From contig CAZGZW010000001.1 of assembly GCA_964530255.1 (NCBI GenBank), positions 27,040 to 91,039 on the forward strand: DNA of 64,000 nt, read 5' to 3'. The translations under genes and the position numbers were made by a program. Position 1 is the stretch's first letter. The number at the start of each line of letters is the position of its first letter. The notes beneath the pieces were generated by a model. That model did no database searches, was not told the DNA's origin, and saw nothing but the letters and a program-made list of their open reading frames with translations. Below, piece by piece: positions 1 through 9,528 of this stretch. Source of the stretch: an uncultured Rhodoluna sp. GTDB taxonomy: Bacteria; Actinomycetota; Actinomycetes; Actinomycetales; Microbacteriaceae.

Positions 1-2
1 CG

Positions 3-1358
3 TTGCTGGAAACAATCGACATTCAGAATCAAGACTTCATCCGCACCACTGAACTACGCCACGAGCAAAACGTCCAGAAGTTTTTGCAGCATCTCTATGA
101 CACCGGTTTCATTTATCGAGGATCTTACGAGGGTAACTACTGCGTCGGCTGTGAAGAGTACAAAACCGAGGCTGACCTAATCGACGGAGAAGGTGCGTTT
201 GAGGGGCAGTCGGTCTGCGCTATTCACTCAAAGCCGGTAGAAAAACTCGAGGAAACAAATTACTTCTTCAAGCTGAGTGAATTCACCCAACCTTTGCTTG
301 ATTACTACGAAAACAATCCCAAGTTTGTTCAGCCAGAATCGGCCCGAAACGAAGTTATTGCTTTTGTTCGTCGTGGCCTCGATGATCTGTCAATTTCTCG
401 ATCGAAAGAGAAATTTGACTGGGGTATTGACATTCCATGGGATGACAGCCACATCACCTATGTCTGGTTTGATGCGCTGCTGAACTACATCACCGCAATT
501 GGTTACGGTTCTGAAGAACCTGAGGCCCAAGACAAATTTGCCTCACTCTGGCCGGCATCGGTTCAAGTTGTCGGTAAAGACATCCTCAGATTCCACGCTG
601 TAATTTGGCCGGCCATGCTGCTGGCAGCGGGCATTAGGCCAGCCGAGAGAGTTTTTGGACACGGATGGTTGTTGGTTGGCGGTGAGAAGATGTCGAAATC
701 TAAGCTAACCGGAATCGCACCCGAGCAAATTACCGATACTTTTGGCTCCGATGCCTTCCGCTATTACTTCATGAAGGCAATAGCCTTTGGGCAAGACGGA
801 TCATTCTCTTGGGAAGACCTTTCGGCTCGGTACCAAGCAGAGTTGGCCAACGGATTCGGCAATCTGGCTTCCCGCGTAATTGCGATGATTCACAAATACT
901 TCGATGGTGTTTTGCCGGCTGCAGCGGATCACACGGAAGCTGATCTTCAGGTTATAAGGGTCGCCGAACAGGCGATTAAATACGCCGAGACTGCTATCGA
1001 TGATGTAGCTATTCAAGATGCCATTTCAAGCGTCTGGACTCTGGTGGATGAGCTCAATAACTACATCACAGTTCAAGAACCGTGGGCGCTTGCCAAGTCA
1101 GCTGAAAACCGTGATCGACTTGCCACTGTTCTCAATACCACCGCCGAGGGCTTGCGGGTTTTGGCGATTGCGCTTACTCCGGTTACCCCTAAAGCAACGT
1201 CTAAATTATGGGCCGCATTGGGTACAGCCACCAACGGGCCGATTGCTGAGCAGAAGATTGGCGAAGCAGCACGTTGGGGTCAGCTGCTTGTCGGTGGGCA
1301 AATCGGCACACTTGAGGCACTGTTCCCAAGAATTGAAAATGAGGCAGAAGGCAAGTGA
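3..1358 (+). CDS. metG: methionine--tRNA ligase, C-terminal ~450 aa (5' end cut by window edge)
   Basis: Class I aaRS KMSKS loop is present (GGEKMSKSKLTG). An anticodon-binding helical domain follows. It sits upstream of tatD/rsmA, as in other actinobacteria. Confidence 0.93.
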   Translation: MLETIDIQNQDFIRTTELRHEQNVQKFLQHLYDTGFIYRGSYEGNYCVGCEEYKTEADLIDGEGAFEGQSVCAIHSKPVEKLEETNYFFKLSEFTQPLLDYYENNPKFVQPESARNEVIAFVRRGLDDLSISRSKEKFDWGIDIPWDDSHITYVWFDALLNYITAIGYGSEEPEAQDKFASLWPASVQVVGKDILRFHAVIWPAMLLAAGIRPAERVFGHGWLLVGGEKMSKSKLTGIAPEQITDTFGSDAFRYYFMKAIAFGQDGSFSWEDLSARYQAELANGFGNLASRVIAMIHKYFDGVLPAAADHTEADLQVIRVAEQAIKYAETAIDDVAIQDAISSVWTLVDELNNYITVQEPWALAKSAENRDRLATVLNTTAEGLRVLAIALTPVTPKATSKLWAALGTATNGPIAEQKIGEAARWGQLLVGGQIGTLEALFPRIENEAEGK

Positions 1359-2281
1359 GTTCAAGCGAAGAAAATTTCGTGAGAGCTAGATCTGCGGGCG
1401 AGGTCCAAAACAAAACCAAAAGCGGAAAATTTGAATTTCCCCCGCTTCCAGAACCGCTTCCTTTCCCGGTTTATGACAACCACACTCATCTTGAGTTTCA
1501 GTTTTTCGACGAACTTCCTCCGTTGCCGGTAAAGGAGCATCTAGACAAGGCCGAGTCGGTGGGCGTTCAGGCCGTTGTGCAGGTCGGCGTGACTTTAGAG
1601 AGCTCGGTCTGGTGTGCCCAACAGGCCCAATCTGATCCGAGAATTCTTGCGGCGGTTGCGATTCATCCGAACGAAGCTGCCGACTATCAAAACCAGAGCG
1701 ATTTGGACGACGCAATAGCTCAAATCGACGCACTTGCTAAGCAAGATCGAGTTCGCGCAGTCGGGGAAACTGGTCTAGATTTCTTCCGCACTGAGGGCGA
1801 GCATAGCCTCCGCCTGCAGCAACACTCATTTGAAGAGCACATCAGAATTGCTAAAGAAAACAACATCGCACTGATGATCCACGACCGTGACGCACATGAT
1901 GAGGTGGTGGCGACTCTCAAGCGAGTGGGTGCGCCAGAACGCACCGTGTTTCACTGTTTCTCAGGTGACGTTGAGTTGGCAAAGATTTGCAACGAAGAAG
2001 GATGGTTCATGTCGTTTGCCGGCAACATCACCATTAAACGCAACCAACACCTTAGAGATGCACTTCGCGTTGCTCACAAAGAACTCGTCCTAGTTGAAAC
2101 TGACGCTCCTTTCTTAGCTCCGGAACCATTTCGTGGCAGACCTAACACCTCATATCTGATTCCGGTCACAGTGCGTGCCATGGCAGTCGAGCTTGAGGTT
2201 GCGCTTGAAAGTCTTTGCCAACAGCTGGCTCAAAACACTGAGTCGGTGTATGGATCATGGGGGCTTGCCAAAAATGGTTGA
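1355..2281 (+). CDS. tatD: TatD family metal-dependent hydrolase/DNase
   Basis: Motifs DNHTHLEF, FHCFSGD and VETDAPFLAP are present. The GTG start overlaps the metG stop (GTGA). The true start could lie further downstream. Confidence 0.85.
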   Translation: MSSSEENFVRARSAGEVQNKTKSGKFEFPPLPEPLPFPVYDNHTHLEFQFFDELPPLPVKEHLDKAESVGVQAVVQVGVTLESSVWCAQQAQSDPRILAAVAIHPNEAADYQNQSDLDDAIAQIDALAKQDRVRAVGETGLDFFRTEGEHSLRLQQHSFEEHIRIAKENNIALMIHDRDAHDEVVATLKRVGAPERTVFHCFSGDVELAKICNEEGWFMSFAGNITIKRNQHLRDALRVAHKELVLVETDAPFLAPEPFRGRPNTSYLIPVTVRAMAVELEVALESLCQQLAQNTESVYGSWGLAKNG

Positions 2282-3110
2282 GCTGCTAGGCGGTGCTGAT
2301 GTCAAAGAATTAGTTTCAAGATTGAACGTGGTGCCTACCAAAAAACTAGGCCAAAATTTTGTGACAGACCCCAATACGATTCGTCGGATTATTTCGGCAG
2401 CGAAGCTTTCAGGTGACGAAACTGTTGTAGAAATCGGGCCTGGGTTGGGCTCTCTAACCCTAGGGCTTCTAGAACAGGCCAAACACGTTATATCTGTTGA
2501 AATCGATCAGAAAATGGCGGCAGAACTTGAGTCAACCATTGCCAAACGAGCACCCGGAAAATCATTTCAGCTAGTAACTGCCGATGCAATGAAGCTTCAG
2601 GATCTTCCCATGCCTCCTGACGCGCTCGTTGCTAACCTGCCCTACAACATTTCGGTGCCTGTGCTGCTGCACTTCTTAGAGACATTTCCGACCATAGGTA
2701 AAGGATTGGTTTTGGTTCAGGCGGAGGTTGCGCATCGGCTTGCTGCCCAGCCGGGAAGCAAGATTTACGGTGTACCCAGTTTGAAGTTAGCTTGGTATGC
2801 GAATTCGGTTTTGGCAGGAAATGTTGGCCGCACCATTTTTTGGCCGGTTCCAAACGTTGACTCAGCGCTCGTCTATTTTGAAAAACGAGCTGAACCAATT
2901 GGGGATGAGGCACTGAGGCTGAAAACTTTTGACTTGATTGACGCTGCTTTTTCGCAAAGGAGAAAAACTTTGCGACAGGCGTTAGCAACTTGGGCAGGAT
3001 CTGCGAGTGCAGCCGAAGCTAAATTAACTGCTGCCGGTGTCGATCCGACAGCCCGAGGCGAACAGCTCAGCATCAGAGATTTTGTAAAAATCGCAGAGGC
3101 GGCTCTATGA
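2274..3110 (+). CDS. rsmA: 16S rRNA (adenine1518/1519-N6)-dimethyltransferase
   Basis: Motifs LGQNFVTD, the SAM-binding VVEIGPGLGSLT, and NLPYNIS are present. I chose ATG 2274, which overlaps the tatD stop (ATGGTTGA), over the longer ORF start at 2175, whose extension lies inside tatD. Confidence 0.92.
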   Translation: MVELLGGADVKELVSRLNVVPTKKLGQNFVTDPNTIRRIISAAKLSGDETVVEIGPGLGSLTLGLLEQAKHVISVEIDQKMAAELESTIAKRAPGKSFQLVTADAMKLQDLPMPPDALVANLPYNISVPVLLHFLETFPTIGKGLVLVQAEVAHRLAAQPGSKIYGVPSLKLAWYANSVLAGNVGRTIFWPVPNVDSALVYFEKRAEPIGDEALRLKTFDLIDAAFSQRRKTLRQALATWAGSASAAEAKLTAAGVDPTARGEQLSIRDFVKIAEAAL

Positions 3111-3412
3111 CAATTTCGATCAAACTCGAGGCTGAGTTTTCGGTTGGTTTGCCTCGAATTTTTGGATTGGTAAACGACGTAGCTGGCTGGTCAGTCTTCG
3201 ACCGCCCAAGAGTACTAAATGCGAAAAATGGGAAAATTTCGCTGGCCTTCGAAGATCTCACTCGCGCGTTTATCGAGTTCAAAGTCGAAGATGGCGTTAC
3301 AAAACTTCGGATTGTTCACGAGTTACTCAAGTCTGAGGCTGAGATTCATCCTCGGGAGCTTTACTGGGAAGAAGTTCTAGCTGGCTTTAGAAGAAGAGTC
3401 GAACTCTCATGA
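3107..3412 (+). CDS. hypothetical 101-aa protein, weakly SRPBCC/Bet v1-like by eye
   Basis: The ORF fills the rsmA-ispE gap exactly, with ATGA overlaps at both ends (3107-3110 and 3409-3412). Its amino-acid composition is balanced. I recognised no diagnostic motif. Confidence 0.5.
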   Translation: MTISIKLEAEFSVGLPRIFGLVNDVAGWSVFDRPRVLNAKNGKISLAFEDLTRAFIEFKVEDGVTKLRIVHELLKSEAEIHPRELYWEEVLAGFRRRVELS

Positions 3413-4335
3413 CTTCGGTCAAGGTTTCGGCTTCGGCGCCGGGGAAAGTCAATTTATTTTTTGCAGTTGGGCCACTGTTAGATGACGGTTACCACTCTGT
3501 GGCGAGTGTATACCTGGCATTAGATTTGCGTGACACCGTAACTGTCTCTGAATCAGAGAGATGGGACGTTCAAGTAGTAGGAAATTTACCTCAGGAACAG
3601 CTAAACCAAGTTCCTAAAGATGAGAGCAACTTGGTCGTGAAGGCTGCAAAATGGCTGGCTGCTCTGACCCATCACCCTATCGAAAAACCGATTGCTTTTG
3701 AGATTACGAAGAACATTCCGGTCGCCGGTGGCATGGGCGGAGGTTCGGCGGATGCGGCTGCAACGCTGATTGCGTTGAACGAGTTATGGGAGCTGGGGCT
3801 TCCTCGTGAAGAGCTAATTTCGGCGTCAGTCGAACTCGGGGCTGATATTCCTTTTGCAATTCTTGGCTATTGCGCTGAGGGATTAGGTAGAGGAGAAATC
3901 CTCACCCCAATTTCAGTTCCGGGGCAAATAAATCTGACCATGGTGCCCGCGAGTTATGGTCTTAGCACACCAGCGGTCTACCGTCGTATCGATGAAATGC
4001 GAGGTTCTACCGCGAAAGGCTGGCCGACCCCGCATGTAGTCGCCGATTTCGAACGAGCACTGCGCGAAGGCGATGTTGTCGAACTAAGTCGCCACACTAA
4101 AAATGAACTCCAACCAGCCGCGATTTCTATTGCACCTATGTTGTCTGAGCCACTGGAGCTGGGTGCAGCGTTGGGATCCATTAGATCATTTGTATCTGGT
4201 TCGGGGCCAACAACTGCTCACCTGGTTGAAAGCCGCGAAAGTGCAATCAAGCTTGCGGAAAACTTCGGGGAGCGCAACATTCTGGCGTTACCAACTTCAG
4301 GCCCTGCAGAGGGTGCCCGATTGGAGTTAAATTAG
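3409..4335 (+). CDS. ispE: 4-(cytidine 5'-diphospho)-2-C-methyl-D-erythritol kinase
   Basis: The GHMP kinase motif PVAGGMGGGSADAAATL is present. It has the conserved position after rsmA. Confidence 0.92.
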   Translation: MTSVKVSASAPGKVNLFFAVGPLLDDGYHSVASVYLALDLRDTVTVSESERWDVQVVGNLPQEQLNQVPKDESNLVVKAAKWLAALTHHPIEKPIAFEITKNIPVAGGMGGGSADAAATLIALNELWELGLPREELISASVELGADIPFAILGYCAEGLGRGEILTPISVPGQINLTMVPASYGLSTPAVYRRIDEMRGSTAKGWPTPHVVADFERALREGDVVELSRHTKNELQPAAISIAPMLSEPLELGAALGSIRSFVSGSGPTTAHLVESRESAIKLAENFGERNILALPTSGPAEGARLELN

Positions 4336-6131
4336 TGGCCCACCTAATGGGAGTAGAGCAAATTACGCTCGAGTTCCCAACCAAAAAGGTTTTTGATGGC
4401 ATAACCATTGGCCTCAACGAGGGTGATCGCGTTGGAATCGTGGGGCGAAACGGTGACGGCAAATCGACCCTCCTTAAAGTTTTTGCAGAAAAAATGGCGG
4501 TCGACTCAGGTCGGGTGACCAGGCGCAATTCACTGACTGTCGGCTTGCTTGATCAGTCGGATGTGCTAGATCCAAATTTAACCGTTGGTCAGGCAGTGGT
4601 TGGTGATGTCGCCGAGCATGTGTGGGCTTCAGACGCAAAAATCAGGGATGTTATTGCCGGGTTAGTGAACGATTTAGATTTCAGCACCAGGGTTGGTGAG
4701 CTAAGCGGTGGGCAGCGGCGACGAGTTGCCTTGGCCAAGCTCTTAGTGCAAGACCTTGATGTGGTGATGCTAGATGAACCAACAAACCACCTCGATGTAG
4801 AGGGTGTTGCTTGGTTGGCGGCCCATCTAAAAAAACGATGGTCGGCATCAGGTGGTGGGCTAATTGTTGTAACGCATGACCGATGGTTTCTAGACGAGGT
4901 ATGCAACCTAACCTGGGAACTACACGATGGGCAAATCGAGCCTTTTGAGGGTGGCTATGCGGCCTACATTCTGCAGCGAAATGAGCGTGATCGCAGCGCG
5001 GCCGCAACAGAAACTCGTAGGCAAAATTTGCTCAGAAAAGAACTTGCATGGCTTAGGCGTGGAGCCCCGGCGAGAACGAGTAAACCAAAATTTCGACTCG
5101 AAGCTGCTGCCGCGCTAATTGAGAATGAACCTGCTCCACGAGACCGCATCGCCCTTTCGAAGTTGGCGACTGCACGTTTGGGCAAAGACGTAATTGACAT
5201 CGAAGATCTAGATTATGAGGTTTCAGGTAAGCGAATTTTGCGAGGTGTTACTTGGCGTCTTGGTCCGGGTGATCGTGTCGGCCTGCTGGGCGTCAACGGT
5301 GCGGGTAAAACTACATTACTTCGGCTGATTGAAGGCTCGCTGCAGCCCAGCTTGGGTCGAGTAAAACGCGGTAAAACCGTGAAAATTGCCACCCTAAGCC
5401 AAGAAGTTCGTGAGCTCGACCAATTTCACGGTGAGCGCATTTTTAGCCTGATTGCCCGCGAGCGAGCCACCTTTGTGGTTGACAAAAAAGAGGTTGGTGT
5501 TGGGCAGCTGGTGGAGCAGCTAGGTTTCACTCAGGCGCAATTGCAAACTCCCATTGAAGACCTGAGTGGCGGACAGCGCAGAAGGCTCCAATTCTTGAGA
5601 CTGCTTTTCGGCGAACCAAACGTGCTAATCCTTGACGAACCGACCAATGACCTAGATACCGACATCCTTGCGGCGATGGAGGATCTGCTTGATTCATGGC
5701 CAGGCACACTAATCGTTGTTAGTCACGATCGTTATTTGCTAGAGCGCGTAACCGACGATCAATTTGCCCTGATGGGTGACGGATCGCTTCGTCATCTAAC
5801 CGGCGGTGTCGATCAATACCTTGAACTGCGCAAACATTCACTTTTGGCCAAGGTGCAAGCGTCTAGCCAACCGGTTGCCGGCTCAAAATCAAACTCTCCA
5901 ACACTCGGGGGAGCGCAACTTCGGGAAGCCGAAAAGAACCTGGCGAGAATTGAGCGGGCCCTAGAGAAGCTTGCGGTCGAAGAAGCTAAATTGCATCAAA
6001 CCATGGCACAGCATGACCAATCCGACTATGCAGGATTGGCTGAACTAGCCAAGAAACAGGCGGAATTCAACCAAAAAAGGGACGAACTTGAGCTGGAGTG
6101 GCTAGAAACATCAGAATTACTGCAGGCCTGA
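4335..6131 (+). CDS. ABC-F family ATPase (Uup-like, no transmembrane domain, C-terminal coiled coil)
   Basis: It has two Walker A motifs (GRNGDGKST, GVNGAGKTT) and two signature motifs (LSGGQRRR). An inter-domain linker and a charged C-terminal coiled coil are present. Confidence 0.9.
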   Translation: MAHLMGVEQITLEFPTKKVFDGITIGLNEGDRVGIVGRNGDGKSTLLKVFAEKMAVDSGRVTRRNSLTVGLLDQSDVLDPNLTVGQAVVGDVAEHVWASDAKIRDVIAGLVNDLDFSTRVGELSGGQRRRVALAKLLVQDLDVVMLDEPTNHLDVEGVAWLAAHLKKRWSASGGGLIVVTHDRWFLDEVCNLTWELHDGQIEPFEGGYAAYILQRNERDRSAAATETRRQNLLRKELAWLRRGAPARTSKPKFRLEAAAALIENEPAPRDRIALSKLATARLGKDVIDIEDLDYEVSGKRILRGVTWRLGPGDRVGLLGVNGAGKTTLLRLIEGSLQPSLGRVKRGKTVKIATLSQEVRELDQFHGERIFSLIARERATFVVDKKEVGVGQLVEQLGFTQAQLQTPIEDLSGGQRRRLQFLRLLFGEPNVLILDEPTNDLDTDILAAMEDLLDSWPGTLIVVSHDRYLLERVTDDQFALMGDGSLRHLTGGVDQYLELRKHSLLAKVQASSQPVAGSKSNSPTLGGAQLREAEKNLARIERALEKLAVEEAKLHQTMAQHDQSDYAGLAELAKKQAEFNQKRDELELEWLETSELLQA

Positions 6132-6174
6132 CCCAACTTTTCTGGCAGACTAAGAGCGCAAGATTTTCTTGCAA

Positions 6175-6245
6175 TGCTCCATGGTGTAATGGCAGCACCG
6201 CGCCCTTTGGAGGCGCTTGTCTAGGTTCGAGTCCTAGTGGAGCAG
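6175..6245 (+). tRNA. tRNA-Gln (anticodon TTG)
   Basis: Hand-folded cloverleaf. Acceptor TGCTCCA/TGGAGCA (U1-A72). Anticodon arm GCGCC-CTTTGGA-GGCGC. T arm CTAGG-TTCGAGT-CCTAG. Discriminator G. No encoded CCA. Confidence 0.9.
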
Positions 6246-6270
6246 CAATCGGTAATAACGAGGGGTGGCC

Positions 6271-7695
6271 ATGACGCAGCATAATTTGGCGGTAGTGGTT
6301 CTGGCTGCGGGTCAAGGCACCCGAATGAAATCAAAAAAACCCAAGGTGATGCACGAAATAGCCGGCTTACCGCTGCTCGGCCATGTAATGTCTACCGCAT
6401 CAGCTCTCGACGCCGCCTACGTAATACCGGTGGTGCGGCACGAAAAAGAGTTGATATGCGAATACCTAGGGGCTTTTTATCCAACCGCAATCATCGCCGA
6501 ACAAGATGACACTCCTGGCACCGGACGCGCAGTTGAATGTGCTCTCGCTGCCCTTCCTGAAGACTTTGACGGAGTGGTTGCGATCACCAGCGGTGATGTG
6601 CCGCTACTCGATGTTGCAACCTTGGAATCGCTAATTGCAGCCCACCTTGACGGAGGTTTCAGTGCCACAGTGCTGACCGCCATTGTTGATGATCCAACCG
6701 GTTACGGAAGAGTAATTCGAAGCAACGATGGCAAATTTCTGGCAATCGTCGAGCAACGAGATGCTGATGCCGAGCAACTAGAGATCTCCGAGGTCAATGC
6801 TGGAGTTTATGTTTTCGACGCCAAAGCTTTGAGAACGGCACTCTCCAAAGTCGGTGCCCAGAATGCCCAGGGTGAGAAATATCTAACCGATGCAGCGGCT
6901 GAAATTTTGAGAGCCAAAAACAAGGTTCAGGCGCTCGCCGTTAGCGACAACTGGCTGGTAGCCGGAATAAATGATCGAGTTCAACTGGCCGAGGTATCCG
7001 CCGAACTCAATTTCCGCATTTGCGAGGCTTGGCAGCGTGCGGGAGTGACCATTCTTGACTCCGCATCCACCTGGATAGACATCACAGTTCAGCTGGGTGA
7101 AGACGTGACCCTGCTGCCAGGTACGTACCTTCGAGGTATCTGCAAAATTGGCGAGGGGGCCACTATTGGTCCTGAGGTTTTTCTTACCGATTCAGAGGTT
7201 GGTGCGGGTGCTCATGTGGTTAAGTCGCACGTTACCGGTTCAAAAATTGGTTCTGGTGCTTCGGTGGGGCCATTCGCCTATTTGCGGCCAGGAACAGAGC
7301 TCGGCGCCAACGGAAAAATCGGAACATTCGTTGAAACAAAGAACGCAAAAATTGGCGCAGGAAGCAAAATCCCTCACCTTTCATATGTTGGCGATGCCGA
7401 GATTGGCATTGAGTCAAATATTGGGGCTGGCACTATTTTCGCCAACTATGACGGCGTCGAAAAACACCACAGCAAAATCGGTTCACATGTTCGTTCAGGA
7501 TCGCACAACGTGTTCGTGGCTCCCATTACGATTGGTGATGGAGCCTACACAGCAGCTGGCACCGTAGTGCGCAGAAATGTTGCTCCGGGTGAGTTAGCAA
7601 TGAATGTTGCTCCGCAGCGAAATCTGGCTGATTGGGTAATTGCCAAGCGACCGGGATCAAAAGCTGCTGAAGCAGCAGAACAAGCCAAAAACTAG
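6271..7695 (+). CDS. glmU: bifunctional UDP-N-acetylglucosamine pyrophosphorylase / glucosamine-1-phosphate N-acetyltransferase
   Basis: The N-terminal motif VVLAAGQGTRMKS is present. The C-terminal half has left-handed beta-helix hexapeptide repeats. ATG 6271 lies 5 nt after GAGGGG; GTG 6265 is an alternative start. Confidence 0.93.
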   Translation: MTQHNLAVVVLAAGQGTRMKSKKPKVMHEIAGLPLLGHVMSTASALDAAYVIPVVRHEKELICEYLGAFYPTAIIAEQDDTPGTGRAVECALAALPEDFDGVVAITSGDVPLLDVATLESLIAAHLDGGFSATVLTAIVDDPTGYGRVIRSNDGKFLAIVEQRDADAEQLEISEVNAGVYVFDAKALRTALSKVGAQNAQGEKYLTDAAAEILRAKNKVQALAVSDNWLVAGINDRVQLAEVSAELNFRICEAWQRAGVTILDSASTWIDITVQLGEDVTLLPGTYLRGICKIGEGATIGPEVFLTDSEVGAGAHVVKSHVTGSKIGSGASVGPFAYLRPGTELGANGKIGTFVETKNAKIGAGSKIPHLSYVGDAEIGIESNIGAGTIFANYDGVEKHHSKIGSHVRSGSHNVFVAPITIGDGAYTAAGTVVRRNVAPGELAMNVAPQRNLADWVIAKRPGSKAAEAAEQAKN

Positions 7696-7711
7696 AAATC
7701 GGGAGCACCAC

Positions 7712-8686
7712 TTGGAAATCACCGCCAGCAACTCTAAAAAACTGGTCATCGTAAGTGGGCGCGCGCATCCCGGATTAGCCCAAGAGGTTGCAGAAATATT
7801 GGGCACTCGAGTCTTGCCGACTACCGCTTATGACTTTGCCAACGGTGAAACTTTCGTGCGATACGAAGAGAGCGTTCGAGGTGTCGATGCCTTCGTAATT
7901 CAGTCTCACGCCGCCGGAATCAACAATTGGATGATGGAGCAATTGCTCATGGTTGACGCGCTAAAGCGCGCCAGTGCAAAGCGGATCACCGTGGTTGCGC
8001 CGTTCTTTCCCTATGCTCGTCAAGACAAAAAGCACAAGGGGCGTGAGCCTATTTCTGCGCGCCTGATGACAGACCTTTTTAAGGCTGCAGGTGCCAACCG
8101 CCTCATGTCAGTTGATCTGCACACCCCACAGATTCAAGGTTTTTTCGATGGGCCGGTAGACCACCTTTGGGCGCTACCGATGTTGGCTGACTACGTGGCC
8201 GAGAAGTACTCAAACGAAAATCTAACCGTGGTTTCCCCAGATTCCGGACGAGTTCGCGTCGCAGACATTTGGGCTGAGCGTCTTGGTACGCCATTGGCCA
8301 TCATCCACAAGCGTCGTGATCCAGACAAGCCAAACCAGGTCGAGGCCCATGAGTTGGTTGGTGATGTGGCCGGTCGCACCTGTTTGCTCGTCGATGACAT
8401 GATCGACACTGCAGGAACAATCGTTGCCGCGGCACAGGCGCTAAAAAATAATGGCGCCGCCAGGGTTATTGTTGCGGCAACCCACGCGGTCTTTTCAAAC
8501 CCAGCAGTTGAGCGGCTCTCCAACGGCGTAGTTGATGAGGTTGTGGTTACAAACACGTTGCCGATCGGTCCAGAAAAAGAATTCGCTAACCTCACGGTGT
8601 TGTCGATTGCCCCACTAATTGCTGCTGCAATCAGCGCTGTTTTCGGCGATGACTCGGTCAACAAGCTCTTTCCAGGCCACGCCTAA
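7712..8686 (+). CDS. prs: ribose-phosphate diphosphokinase (PRPP synthetase)
   Basis: Motifs VDLHTPQIQGFFD and the PRPP loop LVDDMIDTAGT are present. The ORF opens at 7640 inside glmU. I prefer TTG 7712, which lies 6 nt after GGGAG and after the glmU stop. The start remains uncertain. Confidence 0.88.
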   Translation: MEITASNSKKLVIVSGRAHPGLAQEVAEILGTRVLPTTAYDFANGETFVRYEESVRGVDAFVIQSHAAGINNWMMEQLLMVDALKRASAKRITVVAPFFPYARQDKKHKGREPISARLMTDLFKAAGANRLMSVDLHTPQIQGFFDGPVDHLWALPMLADYVAEKYSNENLTVVSPDSGRVRVADIWAERLGTPLAIIHKRRDPDKPNQVEAHELVGDVAGRTCLLVDDMIDTAGTIVAAAQALKNNGAARVIVAATHAVFSNPAVERLSNGVVDEVVVTNTLPIGPEKEFANLTVLSIAPLIAAAISAVFGDDSVNKLFPGHA

Positions 8687-8792
8687 TACAAATAGATGTG
8701 AGCGGGCGGCGTGCAAATGTGCCGCTGCCCTCCAATCTGTCAGCTTGCCGATTCTGGCTTGCGCGTCTAAACTGTCAGAAGACAACGGCGAG

Positions 8793-8903
8793 GGCCAAAA
8801 TTTGGCCGTAATCGACGGGGCTGTAGGTCGAAACTTCGACAACAAATCCTCGCGTATCACGCTTGAGTTGATTGAAATCAAAAACTTCGATGGTGTTCCA
8901 TCG
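8793..8903 (+). promoter_or_regulatory. structured leader upstream of rplY containing three perfect palindromes
   Basis: The palindromes are GGCCAAA-A-TTTGGCC (8793-8807), GTCGAA-AC-TTCGAC (8827-8840) and CGATGG-TGTT-CCATCG (8888-8903). The last ends 8 nt before the AAGGA Shine-Dalgarno of rplY. Confidence 0.3.
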
Positions 8904-8921
8904 TCAATCAAAGGATGAATT

Positions 8922-9512
8922 ATGTCTAATGCAGTAAAGATTGTTGCCGAAGTACGTGAATCTTTCGGTAAGGGTGCAGCCCGCAAGGCACGCGCAGCAG
9001 GTCGCACTCCTGCAGTTATATACGGCCACGGAACTGAGCCACGCCACATCACTCTTCCAGCACACGAGATCGCTCTTGTGTTGCGCCACAAGAACGCTCT
9101 ACTTGACCTAACCATCAACGGTAAAGAAGAGCAGGTTTTGGTCAAGAGTGCATCTAAAGACCCAATTACCCAAATCATCGAGCACATCGACCTTGTTGTT
9201 GTAGCTAAGGGCGAGCGCGTTCACGTTGAGGTGCCTGTGCACGTTGTCGGTGAGCCTATGGGTGGAACCATTGTTGAGGTAGAACACAAGACTGTGAAGC
9301 TTGAAGCAGCTGCAAACGCTATTCCTGACTTTGTTGAGATTCACATCACCAAAGAGAACGGCGCGGGCTTCCACGTGCTAGCCGGCGACATCAAGCTTCC
9401 AGCTGGTGCAAAGCTCGACCTCAAGTCAGACGAACTAGTTGCATCTGTGGTTGCCACCAAGGCTGGCCACGCTGAAGAACTAGCTGAGGCACACTCAGAA
9501 GCAAAGGCCTAA
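8922..9512 (+). CDS. rplY: 50S ribosomal protein L25 / general stress protein Ctc (long form)
   Basis: The N-terminal motif RESFGKGAARKARAAGRTPAVIYG is present. A C-terminal Ctc-type extension follows. The position between prs and pth is conserved. Confidence 0.9.
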   Translation: MSNAVKIVAEVRESFGKGAARKARAAGRTPAVIYGHGTEPRHITLPAHEIALVLRHKNALLDLTINGKEEQVLVKSASKDPITQIIEHIDLVVVAKGERVHVEVPVHVVGEPMGGTIVEVEHKTVKLEAAANAIPDFVEIHITKENGAGFHVLAGDIKLPAGAKLDLKSDELVASVVATKAGHAEELAEAHSEAKA

Positions 9513-9528
9513 TTTTTTAGGCTGCTCA

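Noticed and set aside
8615-9187. A 190-aa ORF on the minus strand spanning the prs 3' end, the spacer and the rplY 5' end; also the 99-aa plus-strand ORF at 8619-8918.
   Set aside because: Both overlap strongly supported genes, have no recognisable motif or RBS, and have Cys/Arg/Ser-rich composition typical of shadow ORFs.
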